A stretch of DNA of 37,632 nt from Eledone cirrhosa (Eukaryota): NCBI GenBank assembly GCA_964016885.1, contig CAXHJY010000843.1, forward strand, positions 1 through 37,632, read 5' to 3'. Below, one piece after another: positions 14,089 to 25,197 of this stretch (positions are counted from its first letter, which is position 1; each line of letters opens with the position of its first letter). A program made the position numbers and the translations under genes. The notes under the pieces are model-generated. The model saw only the letters and a program-made list of their open reading frames with translations, was not told where the DNA came from and did not search any database.

Positions 14089-15136
14089 CCGGTAAAAATT
14101 GCATACTTTTCTATCTATATATGTCAAGTAGATAGTTATGTAGTTGTCAATCAATCAAATCTATATACACTTACTTATGCACTATTTTACTGCTCTCAGC
14201 CAGTGTACGAACACACAGACAGCTATGTGTGTTGCCTGAGGCGGTTTGGTAGATGGAAACCATACAGAAGCCCGTTTTCTGATGGGTTCAGACGAGAACA
14301 TTTCAGTGTGTATGTATGTATATATGTGTGTGCGGGGGGGGGGGGGGGGGGGGGGGGGGGTAACTGTAAAAACCGGTGTCATTTAGGTTTCTGTCCCTTT
14401 ATTTTGTCTGTCCATTAACTTAAATGTTTATTAAATTGTCTAGAGTAAATGAAACGAAACGAAACAATAAATAAATAAATAACACTTTCTATCACTCTCA
14501 ATCGTTCTCCCTCTCTCTTTATCTCTCTATCACCCTCTCTGCATCTCTCATTCTTCTTCTTCTCTCTCTTTCCCATCGTCTCTCTATTGCCAATTCTTCT
14601 ATTTCATAAATGATTCCTCCTTCTAAACTCTCCACATAATCTCTTTAGTTTCTATTTCTCTCTTTCTTTGCTATCTTTAGCTTCTCTCTTTCACTCTCCA
14701 ATCTCTCTCTCTCACCCTTCCCCCCCCCCCCCCCCCCACAATTTCCCCTACTTCAGTTTTATCTTCTCTTCACTACCCTCCCTCTTTTTCTCTCTCTCCT
14801 TTTTTTTCTATACATATCGAAATATTATTTATTGTAAAACATCAGCAAAAATTATTACAAATAGCTCAAACAGAGGAATAAATGTTATGCCGCAAGGAAA
14901 AGAAGAGTTGTCTATCAGTTGAAAGCAGAACTCTTCATGGGAGAGTGATGAACTGTCAACACGTTGACTTTTCTTCCTCACGGCACAAAAGAATTGATTT
15001 TGCTGCTTTAACTAACGACTTAAGGATTTATTCTTGAAGCACTAACGCCAACACTTCTTTGTTATTGCTGTTTAGCCCCAGGTCATCTCATATCCAACAG
15101 ACATATGATGCAAGGCGTTCCAGCTATGACCATTCC

Positions 15137-15177
<41 letters not shown>

Positions 15178-15244
15178 TAATCCAGTCATGGTGTATCTAG
15201 GACTACATTATCCAATGTTTATATAAATCTTGGAGATCTTTCAT

Positions 15245-15553
15245 TATAGTATCTTTATTAATGGACAGATCTTTGTGAACATTTGCATTCAATATTTAAT
15301 GTGGTGCAGTCATAGTGCTGTTTTCTACTAAATGTTTATAGTATCTTTAGTAATGGACAGATCTCTGTGAACATTTGCATTCAATATTTAATGTGGTGCA
15401 GTCATAGTGCTGTTTTCTACTAAATGTTTATAGTATCTTTAGTAATGGACAGATCTCTGTGAACATTTGCATTCAATATTTAATGTGGTGCAGTCATAGT
15501 GCTGTTTTCTACTAAATGTTTATAATATCTTTAGTAATGGACAGATCTCTGTG
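15245..15553. repeat. 92-bp tandem repeat, about 3.3 copies, near-identical
   Basis: Units start at 15245, 15337, 15429 and 15521. Confidence 0.95.
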
Positions 15554-15647
15554 CAGTGTGGCAGTATTATATCTCCACTGGTCTTTCTCTTTCTGTTTAC
15601 TTGCTGATGAAGCAGATCTATTGAACATAGCTGATAGTGATGTCTAA

Positions 15648-15790
15648 CAGTTGTCACCTGGTGTGCTGATTATAGGTATATAGCAGTTATTGTCACCAGG
15701 TGTGTTGATTACAGGTGGTATATAGCAAGTATCTTCAATAGGTGTGTTGATTACAGGTGGTATATAGCAGTTATTATCACCAGGTGTGCT
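15648..15790. repeat. Degenerate tandem repeat of about 42 bp, about 3.5 copies
   Basis: Unit cagttattgtcaccaggtgtgttgattacaggtggtatatag. Confidence 0.85.
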
Positions 15791-15846
15791 AGAATGCAGA
15801 ACTTACTACCCTGGTATAAGGAGAACTTAAAAATGTACTTACAAAT

Positions 15847-16110
15847 GAATTGAGAGATTCGTTAGAATGTCTCAGGAAAGAATCACTGGAGAGATTTTAC
15901 AGGTAAAACCAACCGATAGAAGACCCAGGGGTAGACCCTGAGCAAGACGGTTGGATAACTTCCATGAGCTTGGTTGGTCTTGCTTTGGGATCCAGCTGGA
16001 TCAGTTGGAGATAGTTACTGGAGAGGAAAGCTGGAAGTTATACACAAGTTATTGTGGGAAACCAACTCACAGGAGGTGCTGTAGAGGAACACCTGCTCGA
16101 ACATTCATTA
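15847..16110 (+). mobile_element. Decayed RTE-clade LINE 3' fragment
   Basis: Translates as VRMSQERITGEILQVKPTDRRPRGRP*ARRLDN, the RTE C-terminal RPRGRP motif. Confidence 0.85.
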
Positions 16111-16119
16111 AGAGTGTTG

Positions 16120-16488
16120 TCTTCTTCTTTTCCCATTTATTCCTGAGAGGGTTGTGGCAGCAGAGTCCTCTCCTTCCTGTTGGGCCTGTCAGAAGCAACC
16201 ATCTCCAACTCATCTGGCTGGATCCCCAAGTGTTATCCAACTATCTTGCTTGGGGTCTACCCCTGGGTCACTTGCCGGTTGGTTTTGCCTATAAAATCTG
16301 TCCAGCAATTCTTTCCTGAGACATTCTAACCACATACCCATAGTATCGGTGCTATGATCTCTCAATTCGGTGTAGTGGCTCTACCTGAAGTGACTCTCTC
16401 ATCTCCAAGCTAACTCCGCACTCTAACAAGTAATATTATTCCAAAGACCTCTCGGAGGAACCCCATTTCGGCTGCTTGAATTCGCAAA
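16120..16488 (-). mobile_element. Decayed RTE-clade LINE 3' fragment
   Basis: Frameshifted translation RIQAAEMGFLR...RVRS / EMRESLQVEPLHRIERS*HRYYGYVVRMSQERIAGQIL*AKPTGK*PRGRP, with a short (AAG)n tail. Confidence 0.9.
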
Positions 16489-16506
16489 TGAAAATATAGT
16501 AAATGT

Positions 16507-16714
16507 TTAACCCTTTACCATTTACATTACTCTATATTTACTATTGTATTTTCACGGTTAATGCTTTACCTCACATAATATTGAATCTATAAGATTTTGA
16601 TATTATTTATTTTGAGAACAATACCTTAACATAAGTATGAGTGGATGGTTACGGCCAGTTTGAACAGAAAGAAGTGAGAGAATTCTGGCTGGATACTCTC
16701 AGCTAAAGGGTTAA
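16507..16714. mobile_element. piggyBac-type MITE (200 bp)
   Basis: TTAA-CCCTTTA ... TAAAGGG-TTAA ends. Confidence 0.75.
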
Positions 16715-17312
16715 TATACCCCCAGAACATAAGGGGACATAACTTTTATGCTGCAAAGGATGTTGTCCGACGCTCTGCCGGTTACTGTCATATGACAGTG
16801 AAGATAATACATAGCCAGGCTGTTTGACTGCACTTTACTTCAGATGATTAATCACTGCCTGGTGGTGTGTGTACAATATGGATATCAGATTGTATACCTA
16901 GGACAACAAAAGAACTACGGCCTGCACCTTGTCATTGGTCAACAACGCATATATATTCCTGATATACCAGGTGTGTGTGTGTGTGCATATGTTGTGTGTG
17001 TGTGTGTGTGTGGCTGTGTGTGTACTACACACACAGCCACACAACCACACACACATGCTCATTTATTCTTGATATGCTAGGTGCGTGTATGGTATGGTAT
17101 GTGTGCATACTACACACACATTACCAAATATGGTAAATACATCATAAATATTAAGCTAACTCAATCATATAATAATAGGGAAAGTATTTTATGTTTTGTG
17201 TTGTTTTTTTGTTGTTTTTTTGTCTGTCCCCTGTTATGAAATATTGTGGCAGCTGTTGTATTGTGACATGGCACTTGACAGACAGCAGAATAATAGGAAA
17301 ACTTAGCAAGTA

Positions 17313-17515
17313 TATAATATATATAGTATATATAATATGTATATACTATATATTATATATATATAATATATATATAATATATATATGTAATATATAATAT
17401 ATATATAATATATATATAATATATATATGTAATATATATTATATATATTATATATATATATGTAATATATATGTAATATATATTTTATATATATATATGA
17501 TATATATATTATATA
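17313..17515. repeat. Degenerate (TA)n
   Basis: Read directly. Confidence 0.9.
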
Positions 17516-17608
17516 AGGTCCAAAGGGTGAGGAACAATATTCCACCAGCAGACATACTGTGTTGATTTTTTGTTTTGTTTTCGTTAGTAATATGTTTTTA
17601 CCATATAA

Positions 17609-17870
17609 GGGCGGTGGATTGGTAGACTTGGTAGAGCATCCAATAAAATGCCCTCGCTGTATTTGTTCTGTCTTTCTTTTTGTTTTGATTTTGTTTTTGT
17701 TTTTTTCATTTTGTGTTCAAATCCTGCAGAGATCAACTTTTCCTTTTATCCTTCCTTGGTGGGGTCGGGTCATTAAAATAAAGTACCAGTCAAGTACTTG
17801 GGGTTGATTTAATCAACTTTGCCCTTCCCCCAAACTGGCTGGCCTTTTCATTAAATTAGAAATCAATATA
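17609..17870 (+). mobile_element. Near full-length SINE family 1
   Basis: Head ggcggtggattggtagac..ggtagagc, then gttcaaatcc and core ggtcattaaaataaagtaccagt. Confidence 0.85.
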
Positions 17871-18023
17871 TTTTATGTATAATTTTATTGAAAATTAATT
17901 CAGTGAAATTGATTTTCTTTGTAACAGTTCTGTTCTTGCCGTGTCTCGATAGAATCTCCTCTTTATTTGTTTTGAAATCTAATAATACACACCTAGAATC
18001 AAAGACTATGTTAGGTTAAAACC

Positions 18024-18235
18024 ACATCATCATCACCATCATCATCACTATTTAGGTTGAGGCTACATCATCATCATCACCATTCTATGGCTATTTTTCA
18101 TGCTTGCATGAATTAGACAGGTTGTTGTCACAGTCTGAGACTAGACCTGTCAGGTCAGACATGGTTTCTACAGCTGGATGCCCTTCCTTTGTAAATGCCC
18201 GCCACTTCATGGCATGTACCAGGTTTGTTTTTTTA
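18024..18235 (-). mobile_element. Probable RTE-related retroelement 3' end with (ATG)n tail
   Basis: The motif tttctacagctggatgcccttcct lies next to a (CAT)n run. The family is recalled, not verified. Confidence 0.45.
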
Positions 18236-18467
18236 GTGGTAGAGATAGTAAGAGACTTCTCTAGGACAAACTCTCATCTTGATAAGACACCAGTCTATTA
18301 AACAGTGATAATCTGATACTTCTTCTCAACAGCTGTGAGATAAACCACCTCTCTCTTGCAGGTAATTTCCTCATAAGTGGGAACAAGTAAAAGAGCAAAT
18401 TACTTAGTATCTAATCATTAAACCTGAGAGAAAGTCTCTCCCTTGATAAAACATCAGTTTATTACAG

Positions 18468-18570
18468 ATAGTGGCTAGAGAGTTGGATTCACAATCGTGA
18501 GGTTGTGAGTTCAATTCTCAGGCCGGTTCATGTGTTATGTCCTTGAGCAAGACACTTTATTTCACACTAC
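18468..18570 (+). mobile_element. CORE-like SINE (family 2) head and core
   Basis: agtggctagag...gagttcaattc...gtccttgagcaagacactttatttcac. Confidence 0.8.
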
Positions 18571-18766
18571 TCCTTCTACCTGGAGTTGCATCTGGTAGAT
18601 AGTATCAGCAATGGAAACGGCGAATGAGGTCCGGGATCTAGTGCTGGGGATCAATTCTTCCCCTATCTCTCTTCCTTACTTCCACTCTCTCTCTCTCTGG
18701 AGGGGAGATGGGCTCCTCAGCCAGGTTTTAAAAATGCCCTAGAAACACTGTATATCCATACGGCAT

Positions 18767-18982
18767 CCCTACAACTCTCTCAGAGGTTATGGGACCATAC
18801 ATGTATGCCACTCCTACAACTCTCTGAGGTTATGGGACCATACATGTATGCCACCCCTACAACTCTCAGAGGTTATGGGACCATACATGTATGCCACCCC
18901 TACAACTCTCAGAGGTTATGGGACCATACATGTATGCCACCCCTACAACTCTCTCAGAGGTTATGGGACCATACATGTATGC
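18767..18982. repeat. 39-41-bp minisatellite, about 5.3 copies
   Basis: Unit cctacaactctc(tc)agaggttatgggaccatacatgtatgccac. Confidence 0.95.
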
Positions 18983-19337
18983 ATGATTACTTCCTATTAA
19001 ACAATAACTAGATTGTGATTTCAGAAAGATATTTTGGCTGTTATTTCTAGCAGCTGGACTCACCACATAGAAGTTCTCTTATTATCTGATCCTGTGTTAA
19101 GTATATGACATTAAGTGACTATTGTCATAAAGGTTATGTCAATTCAGTAGTCATTTCCTATTATATAACTACTAAACCTACTAAAATAGATCATGTTTTT
19201 GTTAAGATGCACTCAACCTCATTCTTTCTCTTCCTATCATGGTTTTTTCCATCTGTCTTTCCCTCTACTCTTCTAAGTGTCGCTGTTTAGATCACCCGTC
19301 TCCCCCCTCTCTCTATATCTATCTATATCTCTATAGC

Positions 19338-19372
<35 letters not shown>

Positions 19373-19950
19373 CTATATAATACACGTGAAACTAAATGCC
19401 CCAAGTTTTGTTTTAGTCTGTTTCCTCTGTTCCTGCCATTCTAACATCTCCAAGACCACCCTTGGTTCCAACTGACCATTTCATTCTTCTAAATAATGCT
19501 GACTTCATTCCATGACAATTATAGCGTTGTCATCTGTTGAATTGATCCTAGTTTGTAGAAGAGATCCTCAATATTGTTGCATGATCTTTTAGAAATAGTA
19601 CCTCAGTCTCCCTCAAATCATGCCCCACTGTTTTAAATATATAAAAGGTCTACATTAGATAATGTAGCCCTTTTTTACTTTACTGTTTAGTCCAAGAGAG
19701 AAGCGTAGTACTCATGACTATTTTCAGAGCCTTAGAGGCCAATAGGGGGACAGAAGATATCCAAGGACCATGTGCTGTTGTTAAACCAGGTGATGAGTTA
19801 AGTAAGTGTACCACCAGAGCAGGACCACTATGGGATTTGAACTTACAATACAAAGAATCAGAACAAATACTACAAGACATTTTGTCTGATTCTTAAAAGA
19901 ATTTGACCAATCTTTTGACCTGGACAGGGATTATATATTTTTGAAAGGAT

Positions 19951-20140
19951 ACGGTGGATTGGCAGTATCGGTAGAAGGTCGGACGCCATGCTTTGATGCA
20001 TAGAGTTACGGCCCTTTCTATTCTGAGTTCAAATCCCGCCGAGGTTAACTTTGCCTTTCATCCATACAGGCTCGATAAAATAAAGCACCAGTAATGCACT
20101 GGGTAATTGCTGGCCTTGTGCCAAAAGTAGAAACAATTAT
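19951..20140 (+). mobile_element. SINE family 1
   Basis: cggtggattggcag...ttctgagttcaaatcccgccgagg...ggccttgtgccaaa. Confidence 0.88.
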
Positions 20141-20387
20141 ATATTTTTGAAAGGATGAAATGTCAAGTTGACCTAAAAGGGAGTATTAGAACTGTGTAGA
20201 GCCAGAACAAATATCATTTAACCCTTTAATTGAATTCCTTATATTAAGTGTGTTAGCCCACACTTATATTATATTCTTAATGCAGAAGACGTACCTGGGA
20301 AATTTTCTCATGTCCTTATTTTAATTGCCTAATCAGTCATGACTATTTCCTCATCTCAAGCTGGTCAAAGATCTGATGTATTAGACT

Positions 20388-20478
20388 GTAATTTCCTGAT
20401 GAGGTCTAATAAGACTGAAAAATCACCCGTAATCAACTATTAATCTCTACTAAGGTATTGAGTAGTCATTCTCCTGTG
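20388..20478 (+). mobile_element. Defective HHR unit (stem III lost) with the conserved downstream hairpin
   Basis: CTGATGA 20396-20402; stem II ggtct-aata-agact; GAAA; then no stem III; tctctactaaggtattgagt at 20444-20463. Confidence 0.6.
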
Positions 20479-20950
20479 TGAATATATATTTATATGTGTG
20501 TATGTGTGTTTATGCCTATATATAGTGTATGTGTGTACATATATATATAGCATGTGTGTGCATATATATATATATATATATAGTAATAATAATAAATGTG
20601 AAGACTAAAATCCAAAGAAGGCTCGATAAGGATGAATATATATATATCAAATATATAAGAAGCCTAGAGCAAACATTTAGTTTCAGAAGATCTCGTTAAG
20701 GGTGAAAGCAGAGATTATTTGCTTAAACTTTAATCTGTTATTTTAATAAATATATATATATATATATATATTTAATACATTAACAGAGAAAGCTTTAAGC
20801 AATACTCCGACCGGCTTCCGTCTCACTCAACAAACATTAGGATATACCTTCGTATAATCCTAATTATACGTTTGGGGTGCTAACTATACGTATTTTGCGG
20901 ATAGCCAGTTGTATTATTTTATATGAGACATAATTAAATACATCTCTCTT

Positions 20951-21072
20951 TCCAAACGATCGTTTCATTATAAGTTTTCTACAAATTGGGAAAATAATGT
21001 CCAGGTTATGTAGAAGCCTACACATAGTCCGTAGGAATATATGTAGGTGGGCACTTATAAATCATCAGTGGA
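20951..21072 (-). ncRNA. Minimal type I hammerhead with a branched, extended stem II (family D)
   Basis: The minus strand reads tcca CTGATGA t ttataagt [77 nt, two hairpins] acttataa t GAAAC gatc GTT tgga. Confidence 0.78.
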
Positions 21073-21827
21073 TGCCCGACAAATATCGATATAAAAAAAA
21101 CCTTAACGATATTAATGTTCAGCGATGGTACCACTCCGTGCCAGAATGACCACCAAATTTGAAATTCCAGCAGTCTCACAATGAGAAATCTCACGCTGCC
21201 ATCAAGCGGAAAGGAGAGGTCATCGCAAAACATAAAAGAATAAAATAATATGCATGCGGGTCAATTAATTCTTTCAATAATTTTAACCATGCGTGAAGAA
21301 CTCAATTGGATATAAAAAAAAAATATATATGCATGTATTATTTATACACGCATATAGGTATTTTCTTAGGCTAAATATATATAGAGTGCATGTGTGTATA
21401 CACACATTTATGGCATATATATGTGTCTATGTATATATAATTATCTATATTTGTAATTATATATTATATATATATATGGGGAGGGTCATATTGTTGTAAT
21501 AATATTGCCAGAAATAATAACAGAACACACTCATACAGTTGTTAAAAATCAATATTCAATAACTTTAAACTATATAAGTATATAGAGTTATATCATGACA
21601 TTACATACAGTATCTAATTGGTATATAAACCCACCCCTCCTCCCCACTAGAAATGTCTTTTAAAAATGTCACCCGGTTCATATATGCAAAATTGAGCTAT
21701 CAATATTTTAATACTTATATGTAAATACACAAAACTTTGTGTATATATATATATACACAAAGTTTTTATATATATGTATATATATGTATATAATATAAGA
21801 TCAAAAGATGGTTAAAAGAGTTACATG

Positions 21828-21898
21828 TATTTTATTTTGCGCATTTCAAAAACAAATATCATCATGAGATGACATTTGCGTTTTCGTCAGATAAAATA
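21828..21898 (-). ncRNA. Minimal type I hammerhead with a long stem II, probably inactivated (family E)
   Basis: The minus strand reads tattttat CTGACGA aaacgcaaatgtcatc tcat gatgatatttgttttt GAAAT gcgc AAA ataaaata. The triplet is AAA instead of NUH. Confidence 0.75.
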
Positions 21899-21962
21899 GG
21901 GAGACATAATATGAAGGTTAAAAAACACTTGTGAATAGTGAATACACACACACATATATATA

Positions 21963-22078
21963 TAACGAAGGACGTGTGGTAAGGAACCAGGTGGACCATA
22001 ACGCGCCAGAGTAAGGAACCAGCTGGACCATAACGCACGTCTAAACGGCTTGAGCTCTGCCGTCGGGGCCCTGAACCT
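21963..22078 (+). mobile_element. Family C unit with an internal 31-bp-period duplication and an HHR 3' half
   Basis: gtaaggaaccagStggaccataacgc occurs twice, then tAAAC ggc ttgagctct gcc GTC. Homologous to 26946-27056. Confidence 0.65.
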
Positions 22079-22174
22079 TTTCATATATATATATAATAGT
22101 AGAGCACTGGAAGGTAATATCCGTAGTAGTAGAGCACTGAGTTGATGGGATGAGTTTGGTAGAATTTCATTGAG

Positions 22175-22217
22175 ACCGAGCTTAGGATCCGCATAATGTG
22201 AAACATTTGTTCTTGGT
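22175..22217 (+). ncRNA. Possible degenerate minimal hammerhead
   Basis: accgag CTtAGGA tccgcataatgt GAAAC attt GTT cttggt. Stem I is 6 bp with one G-U, core G5 is mutated and stem II is weak. Confidence 0.4.
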
Positions 22218-22285
22218 ATGGTGAACTGTTGTGGAACTACTTCTATATATTCCTAGCTGAACTAGAGACGAGTTGTGGTTTGTGA

Positions 22286-22412
22286 TTTAGGCACAAGGCC
22301 AGCAATTCGGAAGGTGTGGAAAGTCCATTAAATCGACCCAGTACGTTACTGGTACTTTATTCTATCAACCTCCATCAGGATGAAAGGCGAAGCTTACCTG
22401 GGCGGAATCAAA
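22286..22412 (-). mobile_element. SINE family 1 fragment
   Basis: ggcacaaggccagcaatt...actggtactttatt...ggatgaaaggc. Confidence 0.82.
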
Positions 22413-22786
22413 ACATAAAGAGAGGTGAAGGTATTTATCACATGCTATGAAATACTTTACACACACACTGTATATTTAACATATATAACCACAGTACTAT
22501 CAATGAACAGATAAACAGTCAGAGACGTAGTCTCGCTAGAAATAGCAACCAAATTACACTTTTATTACATATACAGCATCGCCTGAATAAAGTGAAACAT
22601 TTTGTTGGATAAGGTATTCCTGGAAATACACAATGTCAGAGAACGACCCCGGGTGGTAATTCCTGGCTTTGAATAACATTTGATCATATGTCTTTCTGCT
22701 CAGTTTAAAATATGACCTGGGGCTAAACAACAAAATACCTAATAGCCTTATGAATATGGTATTCCTATTGCTATTATGTATGTATA

Positions 22787-22930
22787 CTGAGTTCAAATCC
22801 CGCCCAGGTTAGTTTTACCTATCATCCTTACGGGGTCGATAAAATAAAGTACCAGTAATGTACTGGAGACGATTAATCGCCTCTCCCCTCCCTCGAAATT
22901 GTTGACCCTATGCCTAAATCAGAAACCAAT
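22787..22930 (+). mobile_element. SINE family 1 fragment
   Basis: ctgagttcaaatcccgcc...ggggtcgataaaataaagtaccagt. Confidence 0.88.
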
Positions 22931-23202
22931 ATGTATGTATATACATTTATAAATATCTATCTATCGATAGAAAGAACGTACACTCAATAGCCTTGTCTCT
23001 CTCTCTTTTTCTCTCACACACCTTGCATCTCTCTATCCCTCTCTCTTACTGTCTGACTATCTCTCCCTTGTACCCTCTCTCTCTCTCTCTCACTGTCTAT
23101 CGCTCCCTCTCTGACACATACCTTGAATGTTGCCAATTGTAGGAAAGGAAATAAATAAGAAAATAACCCAACAAAAAAAAAACTTTTTTATACACACACA
23201 TA

Positions 23203-23263
<61 letters not shown>

Positions 23264-23811
23264 ACACACATACTGTATTTTCTTTTTTTATATTTATTTT
23301 CAGCCACCACAAACTGTAACTCTCTTTACCCTCCCTCTCAGTCTCAGTTGATTTCTTGTTTCTTTCTTTCTATTTCCATAACTGTCTCGCTCTCGTCTTT
23401 GTTGCCCTCTTCCTCTCCTCCACTCTCTTCTCCTTTCTCTCCTTTGCTTCTTTAGTTTCTATTCGCTTTTTTTCAACCGTCGGACTTACAACTTTACAAA
23501 AGGATATATACATATATATATATATTATATATTTATATATATATAAATAATATATATATATATATATAATTTTAAACTACTGCTTTTTAAACCAAAAAAA
23601 AAAAAGAAGGCAAAAAAAGAGAACTTGAGCTAATAGACGTACCTGGGGTACTTTGTTTTACATTATGAATATGCCGTAAGTAATAATAATTAAATCCTTA
23701 ATGACATTTATGAATCTCCCAGGTGGTTTCTTTCATGTCTTAAGTTAAATAATTTGTTGTTATTTAACCGCATGCCTGTCTTGGTATTTCAACAAACCTT
23801 TTGATGGTGAT

Positions 23812-24276
23812 GAGACATTCCTACCGTGGCCATCCTGTCTTTGTTTCCCCAACATCTATACTATATAACACTTAACTATCCAATATATCTCTTCCCTCTT
23901 TTTTTAAAGACAGTAAGGGTGTAATTTGAGGGAGATTTCATTGCTATTTCTAACAGATCGAGTTAGCTAGCACGTTGGGGTTCATCTCACTTCTTCTCTA
24001 AGTTAAATATTGTTAAAATGTTGGTTATTTAGTCGTATGCCAGTCATGATGATCAGACAGTCCTGCCGTGACCACTCCATCTGTTTTCAAACATCTCTCT
24101 CTCTCTCTCACTATATATATATATATAACAACTCACTGTCCAATATATCTCTCCCCTCTTTTTATTTTTTATTTAAGGCGGTAGGGTGTAATTTGAGGGA
24201 GATTTCATTGCTATTTCTACCAGATCAAGTTAGCTAACACGTTGGGGTTTATCTCACTTCTTCTCTAAGTTAAATA
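23812..24276. repeat. Diverged tandem duplication, unit about 250 bp
   Basis: tccaatatatctct...gggtgtaatttgagggagatttcattgctatttcta...cttctctaagttaaata at about 23880-24009 and 24141-24276. Confidence 0.88.
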
Positions 24277-24600
24277 ATCTTTTTAGTCATTGGTTTGTTG
24301 GGGATATTATTTATATACTTCAGATTATAAACATGTATTATTTTACGACAGTCCTTTCGCCATAGAAAACAATTCTCACTTCCTTATCACACACTCTCAT
24401 TCTCTCTCAACACATTTTATATTAAGTTTTTTTTTTTTTACTTTTAACATTACAATTCTGTTAAATCGTGTTTATTTCAAATATTGATTGTGTTTGATCT
24501 ATCTATATTAAACTAGTATTGAGATCGATTAGACAGATATTCCCCACACCCTATCCTATTTTTAGTTTGTGTGTATATATATATATATGTGTGTGTGTGT

Positions 24601-24738
24601 GATGTTTTCTTACGAATGAAACCATTCTAGTCCTGTAGAAGTCATTTCTATAATAAAATGAATATACCTATATCTTACTAACGTATTGAGTACTTTTTTG
24701 ACAGTGGTCGCCACCCGATTTACACCGGGATTCCACCC
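24601..24738 (+). mobile_element. Family A unit with a 5'-truncated, mutated HHR
   Basis: ttc ttac gaat GAAAC ca ttctagtc ct GTA gaag ... gtattgagtac ... cagtggtcgcc. Confidence 0.78.
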
Positions 24739-25197
24739 TTTCTATCTATCTATCTATATAATTGTTATATAAATGTATATATAACACGAATTGAGACAGT
24801 TACACACGCACTTCAATACGTGTATGTAGGTAGAAAGGTGTACATACTTTCTTTGTAGATTCCCAATTAAACATTAATAATTATGGGCTATATATATATA
24901 TCTATATGTTAACGAGGTATCGTTTAAGGTATATATAAGCACAAGTATCGCAGTGGTTATGGCTATTAAACTGTACAATATCTAAATGTGGTTTAAAAGA
25001 TATTCCTTCTAAAACATTTGGATATCAAGATTAACGTGAATGCTTTAAACATGAAGCATGTGTGTCTGTGTGCGCGCGCCATATAAATGCATGCTCCGCT
25101 CTATACAAGTAAATATGTTCATATATGTATATTCTTTTAAATATATATACATATATATATTGTGTGTGCGTGCACATATTTATACATATCCGTATGT

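Noticed and set aside
13105-14154. 349-aa ORF, the longest in the window
   Set aside because: It is a translation of a CA-rich minisatellite running into a SINE.
15604-15640. CTGATGA as a hammerhead core
   Set aside because: There is no stem II-GAAA-stem III arrangement downstream.
16844-16970. Possible exon (ttacttcag|ATG...CAG|gtgtgt) with one open frame
   Set aside because: The peptide is unrecognisable, the donor is part of a (GT)n run, and there are no partner exons. It needs RNA-seq.
18767-18982. CRISPR-like periodicity
   Set aside because: Head-to-tail units without unique spacers, eukaryotic context, and no cas genes.
19714-19896. 60-aa ORF with normal-looking composition
   Set aside because: It is short, has no recognisable domain, and contains SINE-like gatttgaact sequence.
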